Shown: one piece after another, positions 18,372 through 28,629 of the stretch
How the letters are laid out: each line of letters opens with the position of its first letter
Numbering within the stretch: position 1 is the stretch's first letter
From: Candidatus Bathyarchaeia archaeon
GTDB taxonomy: Archaea; Thermoproteota; Bathyarchaeia; TCS64
Direction: 5' to 3'
Assembly: GCA_050014495.1 (NCBI GenBank)
Contig: JBEKDF010000031.1
Span: 1 to 33,167, forward strand
DNA: 33,167 nt
The notes under the pieces: generated by a model
The model's input: the letters and a program-made list of their open reading frames with translations, nothing else
Databases searched by the model: none
Told to the model about the DNA's origin: nothing
Program-made: the position numbers and the translations under genes

Positions 18372-19505
18372 ATGCTCTTGACGGCGAAGCGTGACTATTA
18401 CGAGATTCTAGGCGTCGACAAGAGCGCAACTCAAGACGACATTAAGAAGGCCTTCAGAAAACTAGCCTTCGAGCTCCACCCCGACCGCAACAAGGATCCA
18501 GCCTCCGAGGAGCGTTTCAAGGAAATAAGCGAGGCCTATGGTGTACTGAGCGACCCCGAGAAACGGCAGAAGTATGATACATACGGTCACGCCGGAATCA
18601 GTGGAGCATATAGCCAGGAGGACATATTCCGCGGAGCTGACTTCAGTGGCTTCGGCGTCGACATGGAGGACATCCTCCGCACGTTTTTCGGGGGCGCCTT
18701 TGGCGGAAACTTTGGAGGATTCGGTTTTCAGCGCCAACACAACGGCCCCCAGAAGGGGAGAGACCTCGAGACTGCCGTAGAAATAACCCTTGAACAAGCG
18801 GCTACTGGCGCTACAATGGAGCTCAACCTCAACAGGCTAGAACGGTGCAGCAGATGTGGGGGTAGTGGAGCTGAGCCAGGAGCCAGCGTCGTGACCTGCC
18901 CTAAATGCGGAGGCACTGGTCAGGTCCAGAGAAGCGTCGCCAGTCCTTTTGGTAGAATGATAACCGTCACCACTTGCGACCGGTGCCAGGGACGAGGTAG
19001 GACACCAGAGAAGCCCTGTGCTAAATGCAGAGGTGACGGCGTTGAGGAGACGCGCAGGAAGATAGATGTCAAGATACCCCCAGGGATAGATGAGGAAATG
19101 TATCTCACCCTACGGGGTCAGGGGGATGCGGGCATGTATGGGGGACCCTCAGGTGACCTCTTCGTAGGTGTAAGAATCAAACCCCACCCCTACCTCCTCC
19201 GCAAGGGCGCTGATACAATCTACGAGGCAGAGATCAATGTGGCTCAGGCTGCTCTAGGTGCCGATCTTATTGTTCCTATTATAAATGGAGAGGAAACTAT
19301 CAGGGTTCCAAGTGGGACTCAGAGTGGGGATATAATCAGGGTGAAGGGTAAGGGTATGCCGAGTCGCTATGGGAGGGGAGATCACTTGGTCCACATAACG
19401 GTCAGAGTCCCTACTAAGATGACGAAACGCCAGCGTGAACTCATGGAGGAACTCGCAAAAGAGTTCAACACCGAAACCCCGAAGAGGGGATTCTTTTGGC
19501 ATTAA
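18372..19505 (+). CDS. dnaJ: Chaperone DnaJ (class A)
   Basis: KRDYYEILG, HPD, a G/F-rich linker and four CxxCxGxG-type repeats. The start could instead be TTG 18378. Confidence 0.96.
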   Translation: MLLTAKRDYYEILGVDKSATQDDIKKAFRKLAFELHPDRNKDPASEERFKEISEAYGVLSDPEKRQKYDTYGHAGISGAYSQEDIFRGADFSGFGVDMEDILRTFFGGAFGGNFGGFGFQRQHNGPQKGRDLETAVEITLEQAATGATMELNLNRLERCSRCGGSGAEPGASVVTCPKCGGTGQVQRSVASPFGRMITVTTCDRCQGRGRTPEKPCAKCRGDGVEETRRKIDVKIPPGIDEEMYLTLRGQGDAGMYGGPSGDLFVGVRIKPHPYLLRKGADTIYEAEINVAQAALGADLIVPIINGEETIRVPSGTQSGDIIRVKGKGMPSRYGRGDHLVHITVRVPTKMTKRQRELMEELAKEFNTETPKRGFFWH

Positions 19506-20503
19506 TGCCTGTCAATTAACTCGTCGACATCTGGTCCTGTACCAATTAATGAAACGGGCACCTTGACCTCATCCTCAATCTTCTTCACAAATTTCTTCGC
19601 ATCTGAATCGAGTTCAGAGTACTGCTTCGCGCCTTTGCAGTTAGGGAAGAGTATGTCCAGCTTAGTCAAACCAATCATGGTTGCGCCATTGATCATCTTA
19701 GCTCGTCGGGCGAGGTTATAGTCAAAGGGAGCAGCACGTCTCTGCCTGCCTGTTACTGTGCCATACTCGTCCCAGCCTCTCTTTTTAGCCTCCTCATGGC
19801 TGATTTCTCCGTCGAGCTCACCACCACCCACGCGGGTGACGTAACTCTTCAATACCATAACCACATCTGTGACGCGTGTAGGACCGATGCCAACGTCACT
19901 GCACGCAGCAGCTGCGCAGACGTCCTTACTGGTGACATAGGGGTACTGTCCGAAGTAGAGACTAATGAAGGTGCCTTGAGTCCCCTCAATTAGGAGATTC
20001 CTCCCATCGTCAATGACTTTGTTGGCGATGGCGGGGACATCGCATATGTACTTTGTTAACTCTGGTATCTCCCTCGCCATCTTAGCGACCCGCATGACTC
20101 GGTCCGCGTTACACGGCCCTGTCCCAGTACCGGTCGTTTTGACTGTGTTCTTCAGGTTGCTGTCGGTCTGGTCGAGCTGAATATGTTTAGGCTCGATTAT
20201 GGCACACTGAGGGTCGATACCGAATCGATCCTCAATCCTAGTTTCAGCCACTTCCTTGAGGACGAGTTCCGGATTTACCAGGACCCCTGGACCTATGAGC
20301 ATTTGCGCCTTAAGATTTACGAACCCGCATGGCACCATCCTCAGTTTATACGCCCTGCCGTCCTTGACGACCGTGTGACCCGCATTTGGGCCAACTCCCG
20401 CCCGCGCTACGACAGCGACGTCGTCAGCGACGGCTAGGTAAGATACAATCTTACCCTTCCCAGTGTCCCCATAGAACCCATCAACTACAACGGTGCAGCC
20501 CAT
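19502..20503 (-). CDS. purA: Adenylosuccinate synthetase (short archaeal form)
   Basis: GDTGKGK, GPNAGHT, EGTQG, YPYVTS, EYGTVTGRQRR, TKLD and IGTGP. RBS AGGTGAGG upstream. Confidence 0.93.
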   Translation of the reverse strand: MGCTVVVDGFYGDTGKGKIVSYLAVADDVAVVARAGVGPNAGHTVVKDGRAYKLRMVPCGFVNLKAQMLIGPGVLVNPELVLKEVAETRIEDRFGIDPQCAIIEPKHIQLDQTDSNLKNTVKTTGTGTGPCNADRVMRVAKMAREIPELTKYICDVPAIANKVIDDGRNLLIEGTQGTFISLYFGQYPYVTSKDVCAAAACSDVGIGPTRVTDVVMVLKSYVTRVGGGELDGEISHEEAKKRGWDEYGTVTGRQRRAAPFDYNLARRAKMINGATMIGLTKLDILFPNCKGAKQYSELDSDAKKFVKKIEDEVKVPVSLIGTGPDVDELIDRH

Positions 20504-20544
20504 CCAACCTCACCTAAAACAAACAATTTGGGGTAGAAGAGCGC

Positions 20545-20555
20545 TTTTAACCTTT
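20545..20555 (-). promoter_or_regulatory. BRE/TATA promoter of purA
   Basis: AAAGGTTAAAA on the minus strand, about 40 nt before the ATG. Confidence 0.55.
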
Positions 20556-20727
20556 ATTATCTAAAGTAAGTGGTTATTTAATCCTTATAGTTAACTAAAA
20601 AGTGTAAAAAAGTTTTCGATTAATGATGCCAACGACCCTCTCAGATAGCCATCTAGAAGTCAAGTATAGTCACCCCGACATCCTGATTTACTCCACAAGT
20701 TCATTAACAACAGACGAGGCGGCGGGT

Positions 20728-21741
20728 TTGACTGAAATAGGTGAAGTCGAGGAGGGGCTCGGCACCCTATTCCGGGAACTACAGGGAGAGGAGGCAACTA
20801 TCGTTGCACCTCGCGACATAACAGTTGGGTGGGAGACTCAGATAGTGGCCTTCGACCTCAAGATCCCGGGTGAGGAGCCAATCGAACTCGTCGTTAGGAT
20901 CTATCCTGGAAACGGTGGTGCGAGAAAAGCCGAGTGGGAGTTCAACGTGATGCAGCGCCTCAACTCGGTTGGATACCCAGTTCCAAGGGTCTTCGTCTAT
21001 GAGGCCAGCGTCGAGACGCTCGGTTTCCCCTTTCTCGTTATGGAGCGGATATCGGGTAGCACCCTATGGGACGTCTTCTTCAGTGTTTCGAGGGAGAAAT
21101 ATGGAGAGATACTCGACGTTAACTTGCGTCTCATGGCCAACCTTCACGACATATCTGTGAACAAGGTTATTCCTGGAGTGCACCGTGTAAAGACGAGACG
21201 CCGTGTCCTCGGTAGGATCGATGAGGAAGAGAAGGAGCTTGAGAAATATGGACTCCTGCCGGAATTCGAGTCGGTCATCGGGTGGCTCAGGGGCAATGCC
21301 GAGGAGGTCACGGAGAGTCCTTTATGTCTCATCCATCAGGACTTCCATCCTCGAAACATTCTGCTAAGAGGAGACAACACCCCAGTCGTCATAGACTGGG
21401 CTGGCTGTACTGTGGGTGACTTCCGCGAAGACCTCTGCTGGACTAGCCTTCTAGCAGGGACATTCATCGATGAGGCTCTCAGACAGGAGATCTATGACGC
21501 CTACAGGAAATATTCGACGAGGGGGCTTTTGGATCTTCCCTATTTTGAAGTCTTTGCTGGTCTCCGACGGTTAGCAGATGTGGTGGTGACTCTGAGAGAA
21601 GGCGCTTCTGTGAGGGGAATGAGACCGGAGGCTCTCAAAGATATGGAGAATAATAAGACACACTACTCCAGGGTTCTCTCAAGATTGGCTAGCGTAACAG
21701 GTCAGGATATATGTGGTATAGGACAACTTATCGGCGTCTAG
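20728..21741 (+). CDS. Aminoglycoside/choline-kinase-like phosphotransferase (APH family)
   Basis: GYPVPRV, PFLVMERISG, LIHQDFHPRNILL and VIDW. Start refined to TTG 20728, about 25 nt after a TATA-like CATTAA. Confidence 0.8.
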   Translation: MTEIGEVEEGLGTLFRELQGEEATIVAPRDITVGWETQIVAFDLKIPGEEPIELVVRIYPGNGGARKAEWEFNVMQRLNSVGYPVPRVFVYEASVETLGFPFLVMERISGSTLWDVFFSVSREKYGEILDVNLRLMANLHDISVNKVIPGVHRVKTRRRVLGRIDEEEKELEKYGLLPEFESVIGWLRGNAEEVTESPLCLIHQDFHPRNILLRGDNTPVVIDWAGCTVGDFREDLCWTSLLAGTFIDEALRQEIYDAYRKYSTRGLLDLPYFEVFAGLRRLADVVVTLREGASVRGMRPEALKDMENNKTHYSRVLSRLASVTGQDICGIGQLIGV

Positions 21742-21778
21742 GAAACCCTTTACGCCCCACTCATCACCATTAAACGAG

Positions 21779-22576
21779 TTGACACACCAGGTTGCCATAG
21801 TAACCGTCGGCAACGAGATACTCGACGGCATTATTCTCGACACTAATACGAAGTGGATGGTTGAGCGCCTGAAGCCTTTAGGAATGATGGTAAAGGAGGT
21901 TATCATTGTCAGGGACGATGTACCTGAGATCGCAAGAGCAATCAATAGGGCGGTGGAGGACGGCTGTGGTCTCATCATCACAAGTGGTGGTCTTGGTCCT
22001 ACCCATGACGATATGACTCTCAAGGGAGTCGCAGAGGCGTTTCACCTACCACTTATGATCAACGAGGAGGGCCTGGCGATAGTCACCAGACAGTATCATC
22101 TTCTCCATGAGAGTGGAAGAATCGAGTCAGGAGAGATCACAGATGCTAGAAGGAAGATGGCAGTTTTCCCTGTGGGAGCACGTCCCCTCGATAATAGGGT
22201 AGGTGGGGCACCCGGCGTTCTATTGGAGAGAGAGGGATTGAAGGTCGTCTCCCTCCCCGGGGTTCCCCATGAACTCATGTGGATATTCGACAACCAGCTC
22301 CTCCCCCACATAACCCAGCACCTCGATGAGGTCTACTACGAGGAGCTTCTCAGCCTGCCCTTGAGAGACGAGTCCACACTCGCCCCTCTCATAGACGAGG
22401 CTATGAGGAAGGTCCCAGGTGTCTGGATAAAATCGCTCGTGAATCCCTATGGCGAGAGTGGGATAAAGTTCTGGATAAGTGCAAGGGGAAGGGACAGAAT
22501 GGAACTGGAGGCGAAGGTTAAGAGAGCGACCCAGATTCTCATCCAGCTGGCGAAGAAGCGCCTGCCGTCGGGGTAG
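21779..22576 (+). CDS. CinA-like molybdopterin-binding-domain protein
   Basis: VGNEILDG..DTN, SGGLGPTHDDMT, GGAPG, LPGVPHE and ESTLAP. Confidence 0.85.
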   Translation: MTHQVAIVTVGNEILDGIILDTNTKWMVERLKPLGMMVKEVIIVRDDVPEIARAINRAVEDGCGLIITSGGLGPTHDDMTLKGVAEAFHLPLMINEEGLAIVTRQYHLLHESGRIESGEITDARRKMAVFPVGARPLDNRVGGAPGVLLEREGLKVVSLPGVPHELMWIFDNQLLPHITQHLDEVYYEELLSLPLRDESTLAPLIDEAMRKVPGVWIKSLVNPYGESGIKFWISARGRDRMELEAKVKRATQILIQLAKKRLPSG

Positions 22577-22627
22577 GGATAGACCTACCTTAATATCAGT
22601 CCACGGGTAAGGCATACGGGAACGAAG

Positions 22628-24886
22628 ATGCTCGTGGCGGACCTTCCCATCCCTGATGAGGTAAAACAGATACTCATCCTAAAAGGGATCAAGGAACTAT
22701 ATCCGCCACAGGCTGATGCCATCAACACAGGGGTTCTAGAGGGTAAGAACCTCGTACTCGCCAGTCCAACAGCAAGCGGGAAGACCCTCATCGCCGAACT
22801 ATGTGCCCTAAAACATGTCCTGGAGCGACGCGGAAAGGTTCTCTACCTCAGTCCCTTGCGCGCTCTTGCCTGGGAGAAGTTCGAGGGTTTCGAGGAGTAC
22901 ACGAGTATAAAGAAGCCTGGCGGTGGAAAATTACGCGTAGGGGTCAGCACAGGGGACCTCGACAGCAAGAGTCCTTGGCTTGAGGGCTACGATATTGTCA
23001 TTACTACTAACGAGAAGTGCGACTCACTACTCAGGCACCGCAGCCCTTGGATGGGTAATGTCAGCCTAGTCATCGCCGATGAGGTTCACCTCATCGGGGA
23101 TGAGAGGGGACCTACATTGGAGATCGCCCTCGCTCGGCTCCGCCAGATGAACCCCGAGATGCAGATCCTCGCACTAAGCGCTACGATAAAGAACGCAGAC
23201 GAGGTCGCTGAGTGGCTCAAGGCGAATTGCGTTACGACCGAATGGCGACCAACGAAGCTCTACGAGGGCGTTGCCCACGGCAACACAGTCATCTTCCGAG
23301 ACGGCACTGTGAAGAAACTTCGTCCCCTCAACACAATGAATGCGCTAAACATCGCCATGAACAGCGTCCTGGACGGTGGACAGGCACTAATATTCGTTGA
23401 GTCTCGCCGTCGTGCTGAGAGCATGGCGAGAGAAGCCGCGATGGCCCTCAGCGGGACCCAGAGTAGGAAGACTCAGGTCGAACTCGATGGTCTTGCCTCC
23501 GATATAGAGGTCCACGGCGAGAAGACGAGCCTCAGCGACGCCCTAAGTTTCACGATCGCGAAGGGGGCTGCATTCCACCACGCGGGCCTAAACACGGAGC
23601 ATAGGCGCATCGTCGAACGTGCTTTCAAGGGTGGAACGCTAAAGATTCTCACCGCCACTCCTACACTCGCTGCCGGAGTAAACCTTCCCGCCCGAACTGT
23701 TGTAATTGGTAACTACAAGCGCTTCGTTGCCGGCTATGGAATGTATCCTATCACTGTTCTCGAGTACAAACAGATGAGCGGGAGAGCGGGTCGTCCACAG
23801 TACGACCCCTATGGTGAGGCAATACTCATCGCAAGCAGCAGCGACGAGCAGGACCAGCTGATGGAGAACTACATACTCGCCGACCCGGAGAGGCTTTACA
23901 GTCGCCTCGCGCAGGAGTCAGCTCTCAGAGGCCACACACTCGCTGCAATCGCTAGCGACTACGCCCACACGGAGCAGGGACTCCTCGACTTCCTCGGCGG
24001 AACCTTCTACGGCTTCAACTATCCAGCAGCAAGCATCAAACTAATTACAACAGGAGTTCTCCGTTACCTTCTCAAGGAAAATATGTTGGAGGAAAAGGGA
24101 GAATACATCTACGCTACCGACTTCGGGCGAAGGGTCTCAGAGCTATACATCGACCCACTTACCGCTGTCGTCCTCCGCGATGGCCTCCGCAGAGGCGCCA
24201 TGGATGTAACCGACTTCACCTGGCTACATCTTATCTGCCACACACCCGACATGCGTCCGATACTCCGCCCTCGTAGGGGCGACCTCGACATGGTCGAGAC
24301 CTATGCGGAGGAGAGGCAGGAGGAGTTCGCGATACCCCTTAATCAGGAAGGTGGTGATTACATAGAGCGTGACCAGTTTCTCGGCGAGGTCAAGACAGCG
24401 ATGGTCCTCAACGACTGGATAAACGAGAAGAGTGAGGCGGATATACTCGAACAGCACGGGGTCCAGCCCGGAGACAGATATGCAGCCGTCCACAACGCTG
24501 AGTGGCTCCTCTACAGTGCTCACGAGATCACTGAAGTAGTTGGTGTACCAGATCACAAGCGACAGCTTGGAGAGCTAAATGACCGAGTCAAGCACGGAGT
24601 CTCTAAGAAACTGCTTCCACTCGTTCGCCTCAAGGGTATCGGCCGCGTACGTGCACGCGTTCTCTACAACAGTGGGCTAACAGGCATCGCAGAGCTAAAA
24701 CGAGCACCCCTACAGCGCCTCGTCGCCCTCCCTCTGATAGGACCCCGACTGGCAAAATCAATAAAGGAACAGGTCGGTGGACTCGTCGAGGAGGAGGAAT
24801 GGAAGAACCTCGAAAAAGCGGAGACTGAGCAGAAGGCCATCACAGACTTTGTCGAAGAGAAGTTCGAGCCCGAGAAAGTGGGTTAA
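22628..24886 (+). CDS. hel308: ATP-dependent DNA helicase Hel308 (Ski2-like)
   Basis: PTASGKT, DEVH, LSAT, AFHHAGL, TPTLAAGVNLPA, QMSGRAGRP and a C-terminal HhH GIGRVRAR. Confidence 0.93.
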   Translation: MLVADLPIPDEVKQILILKGIKELYPPQADAINTGVLEGKNLVLASPTASGKTLIAELCALKHVLERRGKVLYLSPLRALAWEKFEGFEEYTSIKKPGGGKLRVGVSTGDLDSKSPWLEGYDIVITTNEKCDSLLRHRSPWMGNVSLVIADEVHLIGDERGPTLEIALARLRQMNPEMQILALSATIKNADEVAEWLKANCVTTEWRPTKLYEGVAHGNTVIFRDGTVKKLRPLNTMNALNIAMNSVLDGGQALIFVESRRRAESMAREAAMALSGTQSRKTQVELDGLASDIEVHGEKTSLSDALSFTIAKGAAFHHAGLNTEHRRIVERAFKGGTLKILTATPTLAAGVNLPARTVVIGNYKRFVAGYGMYPITVLEYKQMSGRAGRPQYDPYGEAILIASSSDEQDQLMENYILADPERLYSRLAQESALRGHTLAAIASDYAHTEQGLLDFLGGTFYGFNYPAASIKLITTGVLRYLLKENMLEEKGEYIYATDFGRRVSELYIDPLTAVVLRDGLRRGAMDVTDFTWLHLICHTPDMRPILRPRRGDLDMVETYAEERQEEFAIPLNQEGGDYIERDQFLGEVKTAMVLNDWINEKSEADILEQHGVQPGDRYAAVHNAEWLLYSAHEITEVVGVPDHKRQLGELNDRVKHGVSKKLLPLVRLKGIGRVRARVLYNSGLTGIAELKRAPLQRLVALPLIGPRLAKSIKEQVGGLVEEEEWKNLEKAETEQKAITDFVEEKFEPEKVG

Positions 24887-25167
24887 CCTCTACATTAAAT
24901 TTCACTCTTGGAAGCCTTGGCGCATGCATAGCCCAAGTCTCGCCATCGAGGGCCCTGTAAATCCTCGAACTGATCTCGGCATAGCTATGCTGCTCAGTCC
25001 CAATGACATCGTTCAGCGGATGTAATTGGATGCGCGCGCGATGGTAGGAAGCTGCCTACTCTGAAAGTATGTGCCCTTTCTCCTCCGCTACTGTCTCTTG
25101 CTTTCAGCATCGTAAGGCGTTTTCGTGCGCGAAAAACTGAAACAGGCCAGCGTAGGACTATTAAAAG

Positions 25168-26607
25168 ATGAGTCAACTCGTCGGGCTACTCAGCCGAAGA
25201 GGTAAAGATGTTACATCACGCCTTCAAAAGCTTCTCAAGAAGATAGATTTTGCGAAACCAGACTCATACGGGTTGGCAACTCCAAGTAGTGTGGAGCATA
25301 ACTCTAGGTTACAGCGATTCACATCCATTAACAGTATTGAGGCAATCGGCTACAAGCTTATAAAAGTCAACCCTATCGATAATCCCCAGCCAAATCTTGA
25401 TGAAGGGCACGCAACCGCTTTTATAGGCAGACTCTGGGATTCAGCTGATCCCCTTAAAGTCTTTGAAATGCTCAGGGATGACCCTAAAATGGGCCTGGAG
25501 AAGCTTCTAACTGAGAGGGCTGGATCTTGGGCTGTCGTAGTCGTCGAGGAGGATAGGATAACTTGTGCTAGAGATACCATCGGTGCAGTCCCATTATATT
25601 TTGGATTAAACAACGAATACGCAGCAGTAGCTAGCAATATGAAAACCTTGATCACACTCGGGGTATTGCCAAATAGAATCCCGCCGGGCCATATAGTTAT
25701 GCTTAATCCGAGTGAGATAAAGGACGAGAAAATTGCGATTCTCGAGAATCCAGTGACATCCTCGCTTGACATTGAGGAGTCGACTGATGAACTAGATAGG
25801 CTATTCATAAGGGCAGCGATGAGGACGAGTTCTGGCCAAATAACATCAACTCTCGCATTCTCCGGAGGTATAGACAGCACCCTACTCGCATACTACCTCA
25901 AGCGGGTCGGCTTACGCCTCCATCTGATATGCGTCGGCTCCACAGAGTCCCCTGATCTTGACGCAGCGGAGTTAGCAGCGGACAGTTTAGGTCTTCCACT
26001 GACAATCAAGACATACAATGAAACAGATCTAGACGAGCACCTAGACAACATCCTGCTCAGTGTAGAAGAGTCTGATCCGATGAAGACGAGTGTAGCGACC
26101 CCCCTCTACTTCGTGGCCCGGGATGCTATGAAGCGATCAGGTAGGGTTCTCTTCTCGGGTAACGGGAGTGACGAACTATTCGGTGGATATGCAAAGTACG
26201 TTGATGAGTACCATAAGGACGAGAAAAAAGCAGTGAATAGCATGTTCCGAGACGTCGAGAGGTCTTATGAGGTAAACCTTGAGAGAGACTGGAAGATTTG
26301 CTCGGATCTAGGCTTAGAGTTGAGGCTCCCCTTCATCGATCCCCAGCTCACAAGATTCGCCCTGAGCTTACCACCCAAATACAAGCTTCCAAAGGAGGGA
26401 AAGGAGCCCCGCAAGATCATTTTAAGACGCCTAGCAGGTAGATTAGGTCTGCCTAGGGCTGTCTCAGAGAGACCGAAGAAAGCTGCTCAATACTCCTCGG
26501 GAACCGGTAAGATGATTGAGAGACTTGCGAAGAGGAGGGGCAAATCGGTAGCGGGTTTTCTCTCGGATCGACTTAAGGAGGCAATGCGGCGGATTGAACA
26601 GGGTTGA
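25168..26607 (+). CDS. Asparagine synthetase-like protein (ATP-dependent amide ligase)
   Basis: ARDTIGAVPLY, FSGGIDS, SGNGSDELFGGY, ELRLPF and RPKKAAQYSSG. It lacks the N-terminal Cys. Confidence 0.82.
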   Translation: MSQLVGLLSRRGKDVTSRLQKLLKKIDFAKPDSYGLATPSSVEHNSRLQRFTSINSIEAIGYKLIKVNPIDNPQPNLDEGHATAFIGRLWDSADPLKVFEMLRDDPKMGLEKLLTERAGSWAVVVVEEDRITCARDTIGAVPLYFGLNNEYAAVASNMKTLITLGVLPNRIPPGHIVMLNPSEIKDEKIAILENPVTSSLDIEESTDELDRLFIRAAMRTSSGQITSTLAFSGGIDSTLLAYYLKRVGLRLHLICVGSTESPDLDAAELAADSLGLPLTIKTYNETDLDEHLDNILLSVEESDPMKTSVATPLYFVARDAMKRSGRVLFSGNGSDELFGGYAKYVDEYHKDEKKAVNSMFRDVERSYEVNLERDWKICSDLGLELRLPFIDPQLTRFALSLPPKYKLPKEGKEPRKIILRRLAGRLGLPRAVSERPKKAAQYSSGTGKMIERLAKRRGKSVAGFLSDRLKEAMRRIEQG

Positions 26608-27217
26608 GATTGTCTTAAAAAACCTGAAAGTGCACTATGGGGAAGATGCCTTCAAAGTCAGTTTCGAAGACCCCTTTAGAGCCCTGATCGGCTGCATCCT
26701 GTCCCAGAGGACAAGAGACGAGAATGCTTTGAAGGCGGCTAACGCGCTCTTCTCCATAGTATCGACTCCGCAGGGAATACTCGACCTTGACCCGATTGTT
26801 CTCAAACTACTCATACGTCCATCTGGTTATTACAACCAGAAAGCGAAAAACATCATTGGCGCTTGTAAGGCAATCCTCGAGAGATTTGGTGGCGTTACTC
26901 CTAGGACACGAGTAGAGTTAATGACCTTGCCAGGGGTTGGACCAAAAACTGCTGATATCGTACTAAGTTATGGCTACGATGAGCCCGCGATAGCCGTAGA
27001 CACACACATTAATAGGGTAACAAAGAGGCTTGGATTAGTAAACGAGAAGGCTGGTCCGACCAACGTCAAGAGCGTGCTCGAGAACTCGCTCCTACGCGAG
27101 GAATACAACTACATAGACGGCGCCATACTAAGTGTAGGTAAGGATTATTGTAAACTGGGGAAACCCCGATGCAGAGAATGTCCACTGAATAATCTCTGTG
27201 AGAAACGGGGTATTTAG
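26594..27217 (+). CDS. nth: Endonuclease III
   Basis: ILSQRTRDE, LPGVGPKTA, IAVDTH and the FCL cluster C-x6-C-x2-C-x5-C. Confidence 0.92.
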   Translation: MNRVEIVLKNLKVHYGEDAFKVSFEDPFRALIGCILSQRTRDENALKAANALFSIVSTPQGILDLDPIVLKLLIRPSGYYNQKAKNIIGACKAILERFGGVTPRTRVELMTLPGVGPKTADIVLSYGYDEPAIAVDTHINRVTKRLGLVNEKAGPTNVKSVLENSLLREEYNYIDGAILSVGKDYCKLGKPRCRECPLNNLCEKRGI

Positions 27218-28428
27218 CGGAGACCGACGTGGCCGTCAGCAAGGGCACTGCAGAAGTCGTCGAGGTGTTCAAACTCTTCGTCAATTATCTCCTCGATACT
27301 TGGCTGAAGACTCTTCATTGAGACGCCCTTTTGGGGGATCACCTGCGCGGATATGACACTCGGTTCATTTATCGGACGACCTATTCTACTGAGTAACCAC
27401 ACATAGGTCTCTTGGACCCCATTAACCTCGTCGATGATCCTATCTGCTATTGTGTAACATAACATGTTGTAGATCTTGCCAACGTGGCTGACAGGATTCT
27501 TACCCGCAGCAGCCTCACTGCTCATAGGGCGCAAAAGGGCTATTACACCACGCACATTATTTCCCCTGCCCACCTGCCCCGAGTCTCCGGCCTCAGCAGA
27601 TGTGCCGAGTACAGTAAGATATAAGCCATCGAGGCCCCTGCCTCTCATATCTAGAGCATTAAGAGTGACGTCTACGCCTTCAAATCCACCTTTGTCGTCT
27701 ATCCAGGTGTGTATTGAGTCAAGGATCTCATCCTTGCGCTTGAAGTAGTCATCCTCACTCTTGATGAACCGGTCTACAATCGCGATGGCGACTGTCAGAT
27801 CGACTTTCTTGATTCGTCGGAGCCCCATAATCTTGATGTCTTCACCGACCTCGGGATGTTCTTTCTTGTAGTCCCGTGAATTCAGGTATTTTTCTAAGCC
27901 GAGAATCAGCTTCTCTTGCTCCGTATATGGGGCGAAGCCAACAGCAGCGCTTGTGTCATTGGCACCGAGGTACTCTCCCTTCTTCTTCCTACTGAATATG
28001 TCCTGTAGTGCTGCGGACCCGGGCCTAATCTCGCTCTGGAACTTTACGTGTATGTCGGGGTCTACGAAGCGAAGGTTCTTCTTCAGCCAGTTCTTCGTAC
28101 TCTTCTCGGCGATCTCGTTTACTGGCACTTCCTCGTTTCCCACCTTGAAGGTTGCGCGATCTCCATATACTATGAGGATTGGCCTGACCACCTTTCCACC
28201 GCCAAACTTTACCTGGGTCTCACCAGCGGCTATGAGACCCTTATCCAAATTATGGTGGTAGATAGTTCCAAACCTCTTTATGTACTCGGTGGAGAGGTCG
28301 ACGGAGATCTGATTCATGATGTTGTCGCACATCGTGTCAGGGTGACCGAGGCCCTTCCTCTCGGTGATCTCGAGAGGCCTCGACTGGAGGGGCACCTGAC
28401 TAAGCTCGTTGATGAAGACGTTGTTCAA
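27214..28428 (-). CDS. mat: S-adenosylmethionine synthetase, archaeal type
   Basis: [44 protein letters not shown] and [23 protein letters not shown] before a TTG start. Confidence 0.95.
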   Translation of the reverse strand: MNNVFINELSQVPLQSRPLEITERKGLGHPDTMCDNIMNQISVDLSTEYIKRFGTIYHHNLDKGLIAAGETQVKFGGGKVVRPILIVYGDRATFKVGNEEVPVNEIAEKSTKNWLKKNLRFVDPDIHVKFQSEIRPGSAALQDIFSRKKKGEYLGANDTSAAVGFAPYTEQEKLILGLEKYLNSRDYKKEHPEVGEDIKIMGLRRIKKVDLTVAIAIVDRFIKSEDDYFKRKDEILDSIHTWIDDKGGFEGVDVTLNALDMRGRGLDGLYLTVLGTSAEAGDSGQVGRGNNVRGVIALLRPMSSEAAAGKNPVSHVGKIYNMLCYTIADRIIDEVNGVQETYVWLLSRIGRPINEPSVISAQVIPQKGVSMKSLQPSIEEIIDEEFEHLDDFCSALADGHVGLR

Positions 28429-28629
28429 TTGCGTTCACCTATCACGTAAGCGAATTAATTCCCAGCTTGACTTTTTAACCATTACCTATATTCTCAGAGG
28501 GTTAAAGGATGGAAGAGTAATCACATATCTCAATGTTTCGATAGAGGAACGTGAGATGCGGGGTCTTCTTTTTCGTAAAAGAAAAGACTAATAATGTTAT
28601 ACCCAACAACATAATGAGAGGCATAGAAA

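Noticed and set aside
24644..24660. Long purine-pyrimidine alternation CGCGTACGTGCACGCGT
   Set aside because: It lies in hel308 and is explained by the conserved RVRARV codons.
24887..25040. Open minus-strand frame (IQLHPLNDVIGTEQHSYAEISSRIYRALDG...) downstream of hel308
   Set aside because: No clear start or family motif; at most a remnant.
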